This document shows, one piece after another, positions 37,489 through 50,152 of a stretch of 64,000 nt of DNA; position 1 is the first letter of the stretch, and every line of letters starts with the position of its first letter. The translations under genes and the position numbers were made by a program. Under the pieces are notes generated by a model. That model saw nothing but the letters and a program-made list of their open reading frames with translations. It did not search any database and was not told the DNA's origin. The DNA is from Mustelus asterias (Eukaryota): the NCBI RefSeq assembly GCF_964213995.1, contig NW_027590144.1, forward strand, positions 868,001 to 932,000. The letters are read 5' to 3'.

Positions 37489-40367
37489 CTAGACCACTCT
37501 TTTGTATCCCTCCATTCCCATTCCGTTCATATAGCTGTCTAGATAAGTCTTAAACGTTCCCAGTGTGTCCGCCTCCACCACCTTGCCCGGCAACACATTC
37601 CAGGCCCCCACCACCCTCTGTGTAAAATATGTCCTTCTGATATCTGTGTTAAACCTCCCCCCCCTTCACCTTGAACCTATGACCCCTCGTGAACATCACC
37701 ACCGACCCGGGGAAAAGCTTCCCACCGTTCACCCTATCTATGCCTTTCATAATTTTATACACCTCTATTAAGTCTCCCCTCATCCTCCGTCTTTCCAAGG
37801 AGAACAACCCCAGTTTCCCCAATCTCTCCTCATAACCAAGCCCCTCCATACCAGGCAACATCCTGGTAAACCTCCTCTGTACTCTCTCCAAAGCCTCCAC
37901 GTCCTTCTGGTAGTGTGGCGACCAGAACTGGACGCAGTATTCCAAATGCGGCCGAACCAACGTTCGATACATCTGCAACATCAGACCCCAACTCTTATAC
38001 TCTATTCCCCGTCCTATAAAGGCAAGCATGCCATATGCCTTCTTCACCACCTTCTCCACCTGTGACGTCACCTTCAAAGATCTGTGGACTTGCACACCCA
38101 GGTCCCTCTGCGTCTCTACACCCTTTATGGTTCTTCCATTTATCGTGTAGCTCCTCCCTACATTATTCCCACCAAAATGCATCACTTCGCATTTATCAAG
38201 ATTGAACTCCATCTGCCATTTCCTTGCCCAAATTTCCAGCCTATCTATATCCTTCTGTAGCCTCTGACAATGTTCCTCACTATCTGCAAGTCCTGCCAGT
38301 TTTGTGTCGTCCGCAAACTTACTGATCACCCCAGTTACTCCTTCTTCCAGATCATTTATATAAATCACAAACAGCAGAGGTCCCAATACAGAGCCCTGCG
38401 GTACACTACTAGTCACAGGCCTCCAGCCGGAAAAAGACCCTTCCACTACCACCCTCTGTCTTCTATGACCAAGCCAGTTCTCCACCCATCTAGCCACCTC
38501 CCCCTTTATCCCATGGGATCCAACCTTTTTTAATAGCCTACCATGAGGGACTTTGTCAAACGCTTTACTAAAGTCCATACAGACAACATCCACGGCCCTT
38601 CCTTCGTCAACCATTTTGGTCACTTCTTCAAAAAACACCACCAGGTTAGTGAGGCATGACCTCCTTCTCTCAAAACCATGCTGACTATCGTTAATGAGTT
38701 TATTCCTTTCTAAATGCACATACATCCTATCTCTAAGAATCTTCTCCAACAACTTCCCCACCACGGACGTCAAGCTCACCGGCCTATAATTACCCGGGTT
38801 ATCCTTCCTGCCCTTCTTAAATAACGGGACCACATTGGCTATCCTCCAATCCTCTGGGACCTCACCTGTGTCCAGTGACGAGACGAAGATTTGCGTCAGA
38901 GGCCCAACGATTTCACCTCTCGTCTCCCTGAGCAGCCTTGGATAGATTCCATCAGGCCCTGGGGATTTGTCAGTCTTTATATTCTCTAACAAACCTAACA
39001 CTTCCTCCTTTGTAATGGAGATTTTCTCCAACGGTTCAACACTCCCCCCAGAGACACTCCCATTCAACACATCCCTCTCCGTTGTGAATACCGACGCAAA
39101 GTATTCATTTAGGATCTCCCCTACTTCTTTGGGCTCCAAGCATAAGTCCCCACTTTTGTCCCTGAGAGGTCCGATTTTTTCCCTAACAACCCTTTTGTTT
39201 CTAACGTATGAATAAAATGCCTTGGGATTCTCCTTAATCCTGTCTGCCAAGAACATTTCGTGACCTCTTTTTGCTCTTCTAATTCCCCGTTTGAGTACTT
39301 TCCTACTTTCATTGTACTCCTCCAGAGCTCCCTCCGTTTTTAGCTGCTTGGACCGAACATACGCCTCTCTTTTCTTTTTGACCAGTCCCTCAATTTCCCT
39401 GGTTATCCACGGTTCTCAAATCCTACCCTTCCTATCCTTCTTTTTTACAGGCACATGCTTGTCCTGTAGCCCTAACAACCGTTCCTTAAAATACTGCCAC
39501 ATACCAGATGTGGATTTACCCTCAAACAGCCTCTCCCAATCAAGAGCTGCCAATTTCTGCCTGATCCCAATAAAGTTAGCCTTCCCCCAATCCAACACCT
39601 TACCCTTGGGACACCACTCATCCTTTTCCATCACTATCCTAAAGCTAACAGAATTGTGGTCACTATTTGCCACATGTTCCCCAACCAAAACTTTGAAGAC
39701 CTGACCGGGCTCATTCCCCAGTACCAGGTCCAGTATAGCCCCCTCTCTAGTCGGGCTGTCTACATATTGTTCCAACGAACCCTCCTGTACACATTTTACA
39801 AATTCCTCCCCATCCAGAGTCCCTGCCCTCAGCGATTTCCAGTCTATACCGGGGAAATTGAAGTCTCCCACTACAACAACCCTATATTTCCTGCACCTAT
39901 CCAGTATCTCCTGACATATCCATTCTTCCACTTCCCTTGGGCTGTTGGGGGGCCTGTAGTACACCCCCAACATAGTGACTGCGCCTTTCCTGTTTCTAAG
40001 CTCCACCCAGAGTGACTCGTTACACGACTCCTCTGAATTGTCCTCCCTCTGCACCGCTGTAATATGCTCTCCAACTAATACCGCTACTCCCTCTTTTGGC
40101 CCCTCCTCTGTCTCGCCTAAAACACTTGTACCCTGGAATATTCAGCTGCCAGTCCTGCCCCTCTTTCAACCAAGTCTCTGTCACCGCAACCACATCCAAA
40201 TTCCTCGCGCGCATTAAGGCCCCAAGTTCGTCTGTCTTACCTGCTACGCTCCTTGCATTGAAGTATAAGCACTCCAGACCTCCAGGCTCAGTGAGGTCGT
40301 CCTCCCCCAGAGTGCTCTTCTTCTTTGCCAGCCTTGTCCCAGCCCCAAGCTCGTCCCCAGCCACCAC
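37489..40367 (-). pseudogene. CR1 ORF2 (APE endonuclease-reverse transcriptase), three lesions
   Basis: Frameshift ~40090, in-frame TGA 39416-39418, homopolymer frameshift ~37660; otherwise continuous. Confidence 0.9.
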
Positions 40368-40408
40368 ACTTATAGACCTAATAGTTTGATCCCCACCCCC
40401 CTGCCATA

Positions 40409-41401
40409 CTAGTTTAAACCCCCCCGAACTGCACTAGCAAAGCTCCCAGCCAGGATATTTGTGCCCTTCCAACTTAGTTGTGACCCCTCCCTCTTGTACA
40501 GGTGCCATCCTCTCCTGAAAACCTCCCATTGATCTATGAAAATAAAGCCCTCCCTCCTGGACCAGTCCTTTAGCCAGGCATTCGTTTGTGCCAACTCCCT
40601 ATTCTTAGCCTCACTGGCACGAGGCATTGGGAGCAGCCCAGAGATGGCCACCCTAGTGACCCTACTTTTTAACCTATTTCCCAACTCCCTGAATTGCTCT
40701 CTTAGGACCCCTCTACTCTTCCTATCTACGTCATTTCCACCAATGTGTATAATGACATCTGTTTCTTTATCTTCCCCTTTTAATATGCCTCCTATCCGCT
40801 CGGAGACATCCGTGACCCCAGCACCAGGTAGGCAGACTACCATCCTGGAGTCCCGTTCGGCCCCGCAGAATCGCCTGTCTGTGCCTCTAGCTGATGCATC
40901 CCCCACCACTATCGCTCTCCTAACCCCTCTCTTCCCTTTCCGGGCCACAGAGCCTGACTGTGTGCCAGTGACCTGGTCACTGTGTCTTACCCCTGGAGAG
41001 GCACACTCCTCCACACTATCTAAAACAATATACCTGTTTTGGAGTGGGACAACCACAGGTGACCCCTCTTCTAACTTTTCACTCCCCTCCCCTCTCACAC
41101 TTGTCACGAAGCCCTTCCTATTTTGAGAGACCACCACTGGAGTCCTCCCTTGTACTTTACCCTTCTGCCCTTTACTCCTCCTAACTGTGACCCACGTGTC
41201 ATTCTCCCGATGCCCCGGTGTAACTACTTGCCTATAACTGCTGTCAATTTTTCTCCCATTTTCCCTGACTAGCCTAAGGTCAGCGATCTGCAGCTCCAGT
41301 TCCCTGACACGGTCCCTCAAGAGCTGCAGTTCCACGCACCTGGCACATATGTGAACCTGTGGGAAGCTAGGTGTTTGCAAGAACTCCCACATCGGAAGCA
41401 C
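40409..41401 (-). CDS. CR1 ORF1p: zinc finger/leucine zipper plus SGNH esterase domain
   Basis: CARC..LRDRVRELELQIADL; AIVVGDAS, CLPGA and IHIGGND blocks typical of CR1 ORF1 esterase. Confidence 0.85.
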   Translation of the reverse strand: MLPMWEFLQTPSFPQVHICARCVELQLLRDRVRELELQIADLRLVRENGRKIDSSYRQVVTPGHRENDTWVTVRRSKGQKGKVQGRTPVVVSQNRKGFVTSVRGEGSEKLEEGSPVVVPLQNRYIVLDSVEECASPGVRHSDQVTGTQSGSVARKGKRGVRRAIVVGDASARGTDRRFCGAERDSRMVVCLPGAGVTDVSERIGGILKGEDKETDVIIHIGGNDVDRKSRGVLREQFRELGNRLKSRVTRVAISGLLPMPRASEAKNRELAQTNAWLKDWSRREGFIFIDQWEVFRRGWHLYKREGSQLSWKGTNILAGSFASAVRGGLN

Positions 41402-41588
41402 TGAACTGGCCGATCACTCATACCTGCCCTTGTCCTTTATAGGGATGGGTAAAAAAATAACTAGCCTTGCCTCGCCCTTTCAGCCCAAGCCCTGTGAGCC
41501 AAAGCCCTTATAGTGCACACTCTGCTACCCACTCACTCCACTGCCCGCTCCCGACGCTGCCCGCTGCACCCGGATTTTTATGCTCCAG

Positions 41589-42027
41589 TCGAACCCCCCA
41601 GGTAACTGCTTTTTATACTAAGACTCAACCTCCCAGAATCCCCTTCAGCTGACCTCACTTCCTCAATTCAAAACCCTGAAAAAAGCCCGCGAAATATACT
41701 AGGAATACCCTTAAATGAATAAATGAATAATTAAATCACTTCTTAGCTTACTCTCAGCACTCCTGCTAAGACTCTCTCCCCCAGTCTCACTCCAGTTAAA
41801 CAAAGAGATCGAACCCCCCAGGTAACTGCCTTTTATACTAAGACTCAACCTCCCAGAATCCCCTTCAGCTGACCTCACTTCCTCAATTCAAAACCCTGAA
41901 AAAAGCCCGCGAAATATACTAGGAATACCCTTAAATGAATAAATGAATAATTAAATCACTTCTTAGCTTACTCTCAGCACTCCTGCTAAGACTCTCTCCC
42001 CCAGTCTCACTCCAGTTAAACAAAGAG
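41589..42027. repeat. Two tandem 220-bp monomers in the CR1 5' UTR
   Basis: 41589-41808 and 41809-42027 are near-identical; both begin tcgaaccccccaggtaactgc. Confidence 0.92.
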
Positions 42028-42152
42028 CTCATTAAACAATGAGATCACCTCATTCGGGGACGATTTCGTCATTGCCCATCCCAACTCCACGGATTTTGAT
42101 ATATTTCAGTATTAATGCAAAGAAACGACATGACTACCACGCTTCCCTGTGT

Positions 42153-42234
42153 GGTAGCGTGGCCGAGCGGTCTAAGGAGTTGAATTTAGGCTCCAGTCTC
42201 TCTCGAGGCGTGGGTTCGGATCCCACTACTGCCA
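42153..42234 (+). tRNA. tRNA-Leu(TAG), probably a pseudogene
   Basis: GGTAGCGTGGCCGAGCGGTCTAAGG...TT-TAG-GCTCCAG...GGGTTCGGATCCCACTACTGCCA, with an anticodon-stem mismatch and an altered T loop. Confidence 0.75.
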
Positions 42235-42321
42235 GAGTTGATGCAAGTTTCCGTCCTTGGAGCTGAAGTCCAACAGCTCAGGTTGAACGCAGGAGTCACT
42301 GCGGTGTCGTTTTTAACAGAC

Positions 42322-43389
42322 AACCTTGTCAGAACAGGATATTGCGCTTGACTCATCGATCGACAGTTCCGACACGCCACAGCACAAAACCGCACCGACC
42401 ACCTCAGAAGACAAGTACGGGACACGGCCGTCAGAGTCCCCTTCCTCCTCCAGTACGTCCCCAGAGTGCAGAAGCCTATCTTCTTCGGAGTGGCAGATGC
42501 GATGACATCTCCTTTGGAGCCTTCAGCGTACAATCGATGAAGACGAATATCACGCGAAGGCCATCTCCACGCCCCCACGACTTGCCTTCAAATAACAGAG
42601 CAACCTCAAACAGACCATTGTTCGCAGAAAACTGCCCAGCCTTCAAGAGAACAGCGACCACGACACCACACAACCCTGCCACGGCAACCTCTGCAAGATG
42701 TGTTGGATCATCGACCCGGATGCCATCATCACACGTGAGAACAGAATCCACCATGTAGACGATACATACACATGCAACTCGGCCAACGTTGTCTCCCTCA
42801 TACGCTGCAGGAAAGGATATCCCAAAGCATGGTGCATCGCCGAGGCCATGCAGACGCTACGACAGTAGATGAATGGACACCGTTCGACAATCACCCGGGC
42901 AGAGTATTCCCTTCCTGTCGGGGAACAGTCAAGGGCATTCAACCTCGAATCTTCGGGTAAGCGTTCTCCAAGGCGGCCTTCAAAGACGCACGACAACGCA
43001 GAATCGCTGAGCAGAAACTGATTGCCAAATTCCATAGACATGAGAACGGCCTCATCCGGGATCTTGGGTTCATGTCACTCGACTTGTATCCCCCACCATT
43101 TGGCCTGGGCTTGCAAAATCATACGAACTGGCCTGGCTTGAGCCAATTCACACTGCTTTCACCTGTCACTGTCCCCCTCTCCACTCGCATTGTCTGAACC
43201 TGTAAATAATTGATTCCCTATTAAGACTCGCATTCCAACCATTATCTTGCAATTGAGTCTGTGTCTTTCTATGCCCTGTTTGTGAACCCAACTCTCCACT
43301 CACCTGATGAAGGAGCAGTGGTCAGAAAGCACGTGCCACCAAATAAACCTGTTGGATTTTAACCTTGTGTTGCGAGAATTCTTACTGTG
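42322..43389 (+). mobile_element. Penelope-like retroelement 3' portion with GIY-YIG endonuclease remnant and pseudo-LTR
   Basis: The + strand reads CNSANVVSLIRCRKGYPKAWCIAEAMQTLRQ*MNGHRSTIT (degenerate VVYLIxC..YIGET..LRxRxNxHR). A degenerate hammerhead lies at 43304. Confidence 0.85.
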
Positions 43390-43540
43390 AGGGAGAGCAA
43401 CAATGATTTTACTGAATGGCGGAACAGGCCCTAATGAAAGAGCAAATGGTCCATTGCAACACCTCTTCCCTATTCTCTTATGTTCTTCTGTTCAGCTCAT
43501 TGTTCTGAGAACAGATTCAAATGGTTCCTGCTCCTCCCTC

Positions 43541-43622
43541 TGACGTCATGAATTGGAGACTGAAGACACTCGGAGCTGATTGGGTGAAATGTAGGATAAA
43601 GGAGCTGTGAGCTGATTGGGTG
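43541..43622. promoter_or_regulatory. CRE plus two CCAAT (NF-Y) boxes, promoter-like cluster
   Basis: TGACGTCA at 43541-43548; gagctgattgggtg at 43573-43586 and 43609-43622. Confidence 0.35.
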
Positions 43623-44292
43623 TCTCCTGCTGGAAAGGAATGAACCTATCACCATTGGGGCCGGATATTACTCAACATCGTCTGAACTCTGAACTGAAAC
43701 AATTGAGCTTTAACGCATTGAGTTCCCTCAGACATTTGCTGGAGGAACGCTTTTTAATTTGGAAGTCCAAGATAAGTTGATACATCAGGTTGAAAGTAAC
43801 GAGTGTGTTCTTGAATTAAGTGGCATGGGTTCTCAATCTAACCATGCGAACCTGCAGCAACAAAGTGGAGTTCAGCATTGTAGTCAGGCCGATTGAGGGC
43901 GATATGCTGTCATTTGTAGTGCTTGTAAAGGACCCCGGTCCGAAATCGGACAGGAGAATACATTAAGATTTTTCATGTCGGGTGAGAGAAATCTGAATGA
44001 TTTCAGTTTGTTGCTGAACATTATCCGAATCTCGATTCATGTTATCTTTGCTTGACGTCGGCCTCAAATGCTTCCTGTAAAATAAATGCTGAATACTTTC
44101 GCGCACTGACAGGAAAGAAATGTTTCTATTTTGACAGCATGCGCACATCAGCATTTCGTTCAGTCGACAACAGAATTTAAAGGGTTAATAGGTGCAGACT
44201 AACGTAGTTAATCGCCATCTGAAACATGTCTAATGGTAGTCTGTGCTCTAAAAGACAGATACAAGTGAAACTGCACGTGGGCATTGTCAGCT

Positions 44293-44365
44293 GTTCCTGA
44301 AGTGTAGTTGTTATCACATTCGCCTCACACGCGAAAAGTCCCCGGTTCGAAACCAGGCAGAAACA
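44293..44365 (+). pseudogene. tRNA-Val(CAC), likely pseudogene
   Basis: Anticodon arm and B box intact; U8>A, D-loop GG>TG, acceptor and T-stem mismatches. Confidence 0.8.
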
Positions 44366-45365
44366 CTGTTGGATCGTTGTCATTAAGCAAGAGCGAAGTC
44401 TGCATGATGTAAGTTCATAGCTCAACCTCATGCGAATCCGATATCACGGTCATGTTATATTGACTTTGATCTCGGCCTCAAAAGCATTTCGGAAAGTTAG
44501 AAATGCTGTCTTTGAGGACGCAGGGAATAAAGAACTCCATTGTTTGTACACATATTCGCAACTCGTGCAGTCCACAAATTAATTTAATGGGTTTAGATGT
44601 GCAGACTGACGTAGTTAATCACCATCTGAAATATATCGAATAGTATTGTGTGCTCATAAAGACAGACACAATTGAAAGTCAAACTGAACTGGAGGAAATG
44701 GGCGCATTTCACAGAAGCACCTTTGTAAAATTGCGCTTCACAGTAAAGAAATAGTTAAAACGACTCAGACAAATGTGGAGATCGAGATTCAGTGCGGACC
44801 TCCTGGACTTCCGATAGATGGACGAGATTTAGGCGCCAGAATACTTCACAGACAGACGAAAGAGGATTCAAGTACATTTTATTTTCTTTAAAGGATGAAT
44901 GTGGTCAATCTCAAATAAATATCATGGCATGGGCATTACGCAGTGACTCTATTTCTTTCGTTGGTCAGACATGTTTGCAAGACAATGTTGTATATTTCAG
45001 AGAAATTCAATTCAGAATGAGGACATCTGTTTTAAATAAACGTATTGAAATTAAATGTTGAATAACTACAAATATTTGATATAACTGTTTGAAATTATTT
45101 GACGGAAGATGAGAATGATGTATGAATGATTGAACAGAAGTCATTGCCACCTGAGACATTTGCCAGACGAACGCTTTTTAATTTTGAAGTTCAAGATAAG
45201 TTGAGATATCAGGTTGAAAGTAACGGATTTGTTCTTCCATTAAGTGACATGGACCCTCAATGTGACCATGAGAACCTGCAGCAACACAATTTACTTCAAC
45301 ATTGTAGTCAGGCCAATTGGCGGCGTGGCGCAGACAGGCAGATTTGCTCCAGCATACTTCGAGCT

Positions 45366-45438
45366 GTTTCTGTAGTGTCGTGGTTATCACGTTCGCCCAA
45401 CACGCGCAAAGTCCCCTGTCGGAAACCGGGCAGAAATA
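45366..45438 (+). pseudogene. tRNA-Val(AAC) pseudogene
   Basis: Val body with T loop destroyed (tgtcggaaa). Confidence 0.8.
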
Positions 45439-46594
45439 TTCACTAAGCTTTCTCATGTCGGGTAAGGGTAAATTGCTTGATTACAGTTTGTTGCTCAACA
45501 TTATCCGAATTTCGATGTCAAAGGCATGTTATCATTGCTCTGACATCACCCTCAAATGCTTTCTGTGAAATAAGAAACGCTTTTTTATTTGACGCACTGA
45601 CAGGAAATGTCGATTTTGACACCGAGCACTTATTCGCTTCTCGTTCAGTCTACAACAGAATTTAATGGGTTTACAGGTGCAGACTAATATGGTTAATCGC
45701 CATCTGAAATATCTGACAGTAGTGTATGCTCAAAGAGACAGATACAAGTGATACTGTAAGTGAACGAGAGGAAATGGCGCACATTTCACAGAAGATCTAT
45801 TTTAAAATCGTTTTTCATCACTGAGAAACAGGAAAAGCCACTCAGACAGATGAGGGAATCGAGGCTCAGTGCGGATCGACTGGACTTTCCGGTAAAGGTC
45901 TGGAAGTTATGCGCATGAATGTTTCACGCCCATAATAAAAAAGGCTCAACTGTCACGAGCAGATAATGCTTGATTTTCCTCCATTTAAATGGAGTTGACT
46001 TTGTTTACAAGCTGAAGATAGTCAATCTCAAATTTGCGATCTGTATTGCCCGGTGATTCGCTTTGTTCTGTTGGTCATTTATGTTTGCAATTCAGTGATG
46101 TTCAATTTCAGAGATATTCAATTCATAATGAAGACATATGTGTTAAATAATACATTGATACTAAATATTGAAACAAATACAAATATGAGTACGATTGTAC
46201 AATGAGCTTTGATAAAGTGTCATCTGGTCTCGAAACGTCCGCCCTTTTCACTCCTTACAGGTGCTGCCAGACATTGTGAGATTTTGCAGCATTTTCTCTT
46301 TTCTCATCCGCAGTAATTTGTTTTCATTACTGAGTACAATTGATTGAGATTATTCGAAGAAAGAGGAAAATGATGCATTAACGAATGGGCAGAAATCATT
46401 GCCCCCTTAGATATTTGCCAGAAGAACGATTTTGAATTTTGATGTACGGAATAAGTCGTACAATCAGATTGAAAGTGACGGTTATCTTCCTGAATTCAGT
46501 CACATGGGCTCTCCGTCTCACCACCGGAACCTGCAGCATCACAGCGGAGTTGAACATTGCAGCCAGGCAGATTAGCTCCAATACTATTCCAGCT

Positions 46595-46667
46595 GTTTCT
46601 GTAGTGTAGTGGTTATCGCATTCGCTTAACACGCGAAAAGTCACCGGTTCGAAACCAGGCAGAAACA
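46595..46667 (+). tRNA. tRNA-Val(AAC), one of the best-preserved copies, possibly a pseudogene
   Basis: Acceptor GTTTCTG/CAGAAAC and anticodon arm pair; A and B boxes intact; two T-stem mismatches. Confidence 0.7.
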
Positions 46668-46882
46668 TTCATTAAGCTTCCTCATGTTGTGTAAGGGAAA
46701 ATTGCTCGATTCCAGTTTGATACTCATCATTGTCCGAGTCTCGATGTTAAAGACATTTTCTCATTGCTCTGACATCACCCTCAAATGCTTTCTGTGAAAT
46801 AAGAAACTTTTTGTTTTGACGCACTTACAGGAAATTTCGATTTTGACACCGAGCACTTATTCGCATCTCGTTCAGTCTCCAA

Positions 46883-47958
46883 CAGAATTTAATGGGTTTA
46901 TAGGTGCAGACTAATATGGTTCGTCACCATCTGAAATATCTGACAGCAGGGTGTGCTCAAAAAGACAGATACAAGTGAGACTCAAGCTTTCTCATGTGGG
47001 AGGGAAAATTGCTTGTTTTCAGTTGTTGCTCATCATTATCCGAGCCTCGATGTGAAAGGCATGTTATCATTAACAGTGTAGTGGTTGTCACGTTCACCTA
47101 ACACGCGGAAAGTTCCGGTTCGAAACCTGGCAGAAACATAGGGCAGCACAGTGGCACAGTAGTTAAGAGTGCTGCCTCGAAGCGCCAGGGTCCTAGATCC
47201 AATTCCCGATTTGGATCACTGTCTGTGCGGAGTCTGCATCTTCTCCCCGTGTCTGTGTGGGTTTCCTCCGGGTGCTCCGGTTTCCTCCCACAGTCTGAAA
47301 GACATGCTGGCATCACCCTCAAATGCTTTCTGTGAAATAAAAAACGCTTTTTTTTGACGCACTGACAGGAAATTTCGATTTTGACACCGAGCACATGTTC
47401 GCATCTCGTTCAGTCTACAGCAGAATTTAATGGGTTTATAGGTGCAGACTAATATGGTTCGTCACCATCTGAAATATCTGACAGCAGGGTGTGCTCAAAA
47501 AGACAGATACAAGTGAGACTCAAGCTTTCTCATGTGGGAGGGAAAATTGCTTGTTTTCAGTTGTTGCTCATCATTATCCGAGCCTCGATGTGAAAGGCAT
47601 GTTATCATTAACAGTGTAGTGGTTGTCACGTTCACCTAACACGCGGAAAGTTCCGGTTCGAAACCTGGCAGAAACATAGGGCAGCACAGTGGCACAGTAG
47701 TTAAGAGTGCTGCCTCGAAGCGCCAGGGTCCTAGATCCAATTCCCGATTTGGATCACTGTCTGTGCGGAGTCTGCATCTTCTCCCCGTGTCTGTGTGGGT
47801 TTCCTCCGGGTGCTCCGGTTTCCTCCCACAGTCTGAAAGACATGCTGGCATCACCCTCAAATGCTTTCTGTGAAATAAAAAACGCTTTTTTTTGACGCAC
47901 TGACAGGAAATTTCGATTTTGACACCGAGCACATGTTCGCATCTCGTTCAGTCTGCAG
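46883..47958 (+). repeat. Near-perfect 538-bp tandem duplication containing a 5'-truncated tRNA-Val and a SINE head
   Basis: Identical ORF translations offset by 538 (47098/47636, 47169/47707). Val remnants at 47073-47138 and 47611-47676; SINE heads at 47141-47310 and 47679-47848. Confidence 0.92.
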
Positions 47959-48495
47959 CAGAATTTAATGGGTTTATAGGTGCAGACTAATATGGTTAAT
48001 CACCATCTGAAATATCTGACAGTAGTGTGTGCTCAAAAAGTCAGATACAAGTCATACTGCAAGTGAACTAGAGGAAATGGCGCACATTTCACACAAGATC
48101 TATTTTTAAATCGTTTTGCATCACTGAGAAACAGGAAAAGCCATTCAGACAGATGAGGGAAGCGAGATTCAGTGCGGATCTACAGGACTTTCCGGTTAAG
48201 GTCCGGAAGTTATGCGCATGAATGTTTCACGCCCATAATAAAACAAGCTCAAGTGTTACGAACAGATAATTCTTGATTTTTCTCCACTTAAATGGAGTTG
48301 ACTTTGTTTAAAAGCTGACGATAGTCAATCTCAAAATTGCGGTCTGTATTACCCGGTGATTCGCTTCCTACTGTTGGTCAGTTATGTTTGCAATTCAGTG
48401 ATGTTCAATTTCAGAGATATTCAATTCATAATGAAGACATATGTGTTAAATAATGCATTGATACTAAATAGTGAAACAAATACTGAGTACAATTG

Positions 48496-48625
48496 TACAA
48501 TGAGCTTTGATAAAGTGTCATCTGGACTCGAAACGTCCGCCCTTTTCACTCCTTACAGATGCTGTCAGACATTGTGAGATTTTGCAGCATTTTCTCTTTT
48601 CTCATCCGCAGTAATTTGCTTTTAT
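48496..48625 (+). mobile_element. 130-bp Penelope-associated short insertion with 15-bp TSD (also at ~46197-46326, ~49718-49847, ~50501-50630)
   Basis: tactgagtacaattg occurs at 48481-48495 and 48626-48640. The insert contains a degenerate hammerhead (ttgataaagtgtcatctggactcgaaacgtc). Confidence 0.7.
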
Positions 48626-48892
48626 TACTGAGTACAATTGATTGAGATGATTCGAAGAAAGCTGAAAATGATGCATTAACGAATGGGCAGAAACCATTGC
48701 TCCCTTAGATATTTGCCAGACGAACGATTTTAAATTATGATGTTCGGGATAAGTCGTACAATCAGATTGAAAGTAACGGTTATCTTCCTGAATTCAGTGA
48801 CATGGGCTCTCAGTCTCACCATTGGAACCTGCAGCAACACAGCGTAGTTGAACATTGCAGACAGGCAGATTTGCTGCAGGTGTGTTTAAGCT

Positions 48893-48965
48893 GTTTCTGT
48901 AGTGTAGTGGCTATCACGTTCACCTAACACGCGAAAAGTCCCCGGTTCGAAACCAAGCAGAAACA
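48893..48965 (+). pseudogene. tRNA-Val(AAC), likely pseudogene
   Basis: A and B boxes intact; anticodon-stem and T-stem mismatches. Confidence 0.78.
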
Positions 48966-50079
48966 TTCATTAAGCTTCCTCGTGTCGTGCAAGGGGAAAT
49001 TGCTTGATTCTAGTTTGGTGCTCATCATTATCCGAGCCTCGATGTGAACGGCATGTTATCATTGCTCTGACATCACCCTCAAATGCTTTCTGTGGAAGAA
49101 GAAACGTTTGTTTTGACGCACTGACAGGAAATTTCGATTTTGACACCGAGCACTTGTTCGCATCTCGTTCAGTCTACAACAGAATTTTATGGGTTTATAG
49201 GTGCAGACTAATATGATTAATCACCATCTGAAATATCTGATAGTAGTATGTGCTCAAAAAGACAGACACAAGTGATACTGCAAGTGAACTAGGGGAAATG
49301 GCGCACATTTCACAGAACATCTATTTTTAAATCCTTTTTCATCACTGAGAAACAGGAAAAGCCACTCAGACAGATGAGGGAATCGAGACTCAGTGCGGAT
49401 CTACAGGACTTTCCGGGTAAGGTCCGGAAGTTATGCGCATGAATGTTTCACGCCCATAATAAAAAAAGGCTCAAGTGTCACGAACAGATAATTTTTGATT
49501 TTTCTCCATTTAAATGGAGTTGACTTTGTTTAAAAGTTGACGATAGTCAATCTCAAATTTGCGATCTGTATTACCCGGTGATTCGATTCGTTCTGTTGGG
49601 CAGTTATGTTTGCAATTCAGTGATGTTCAATTTCAGAGATATTCAATTTATAATCAAGACATATGTGTTAAATAATGCATCGATACTAAATAGTGAAACA
49701 AATACTGAGTACAATTGTACAATGAGCTTTGATAAAGTGTCACCTGGACTCGAAACGTCCGCCCTTTGCACTCCTTACAGGTGCTGTCAGACATTGGGAG
49801 ATTTTGCAGCATTTTCTCTTTTCTCATCCGCAGTAATTTGCTTTTATTACTGAGTACAATTGATTGAGATTGTTCGAAGAAAGATGAAAATGATGCACTA
49901 ATGAATGGGCTGAAATTATTGCTCCCTTAGATATTTGCCAGACGAACTTTAAATTTTGATGTTCGGGATAAGTCGTACAATCAGATTGAAAGTAACGGTT
50001 ATCTTCCTGAATTCAGTGACATGGTCTCTCAGTCTCACCATCGGAACCTGCAGCAACACAGCGTAGCTGTGTTCAATCT

Positions 50080-50152
50080 GCTTCTGTAGTGTGGTGGTTA
50101 TCACGTTCGCCGAACACGCGAAAGGTCCCCGGTTCGAAACCAGGCAGGAACA
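50080..50152 (+). pseudogene. tRNA-Val(AAC), likely pseudogene
   Basis: U33>G, A14>G and acceptor mismatches. Confidence 0.78.

Larger units (their letters stand above)
36946..42027 (-). mobile_element. Near-full-length CR1 LINE (5' UTR with tandem monomers, ORF1, ORF2, long 3' UTR)
   Basis: ORF1 40409-41401. ORF2 has APE (YFNARS, VTETW, GVYYRPP, VGDFN, SDH) and RT ([20 protein letters not shown]) and ends at ~37489. (aaagaac)n tail. Confidence 0.95.

Noticed and set aside
40536-41126. 196-aa + strand ORF and other ORFs antisense to CR1
   Set aside because: They are shadow frames of CR1 ORF1/ORF2 with no independent motifs.
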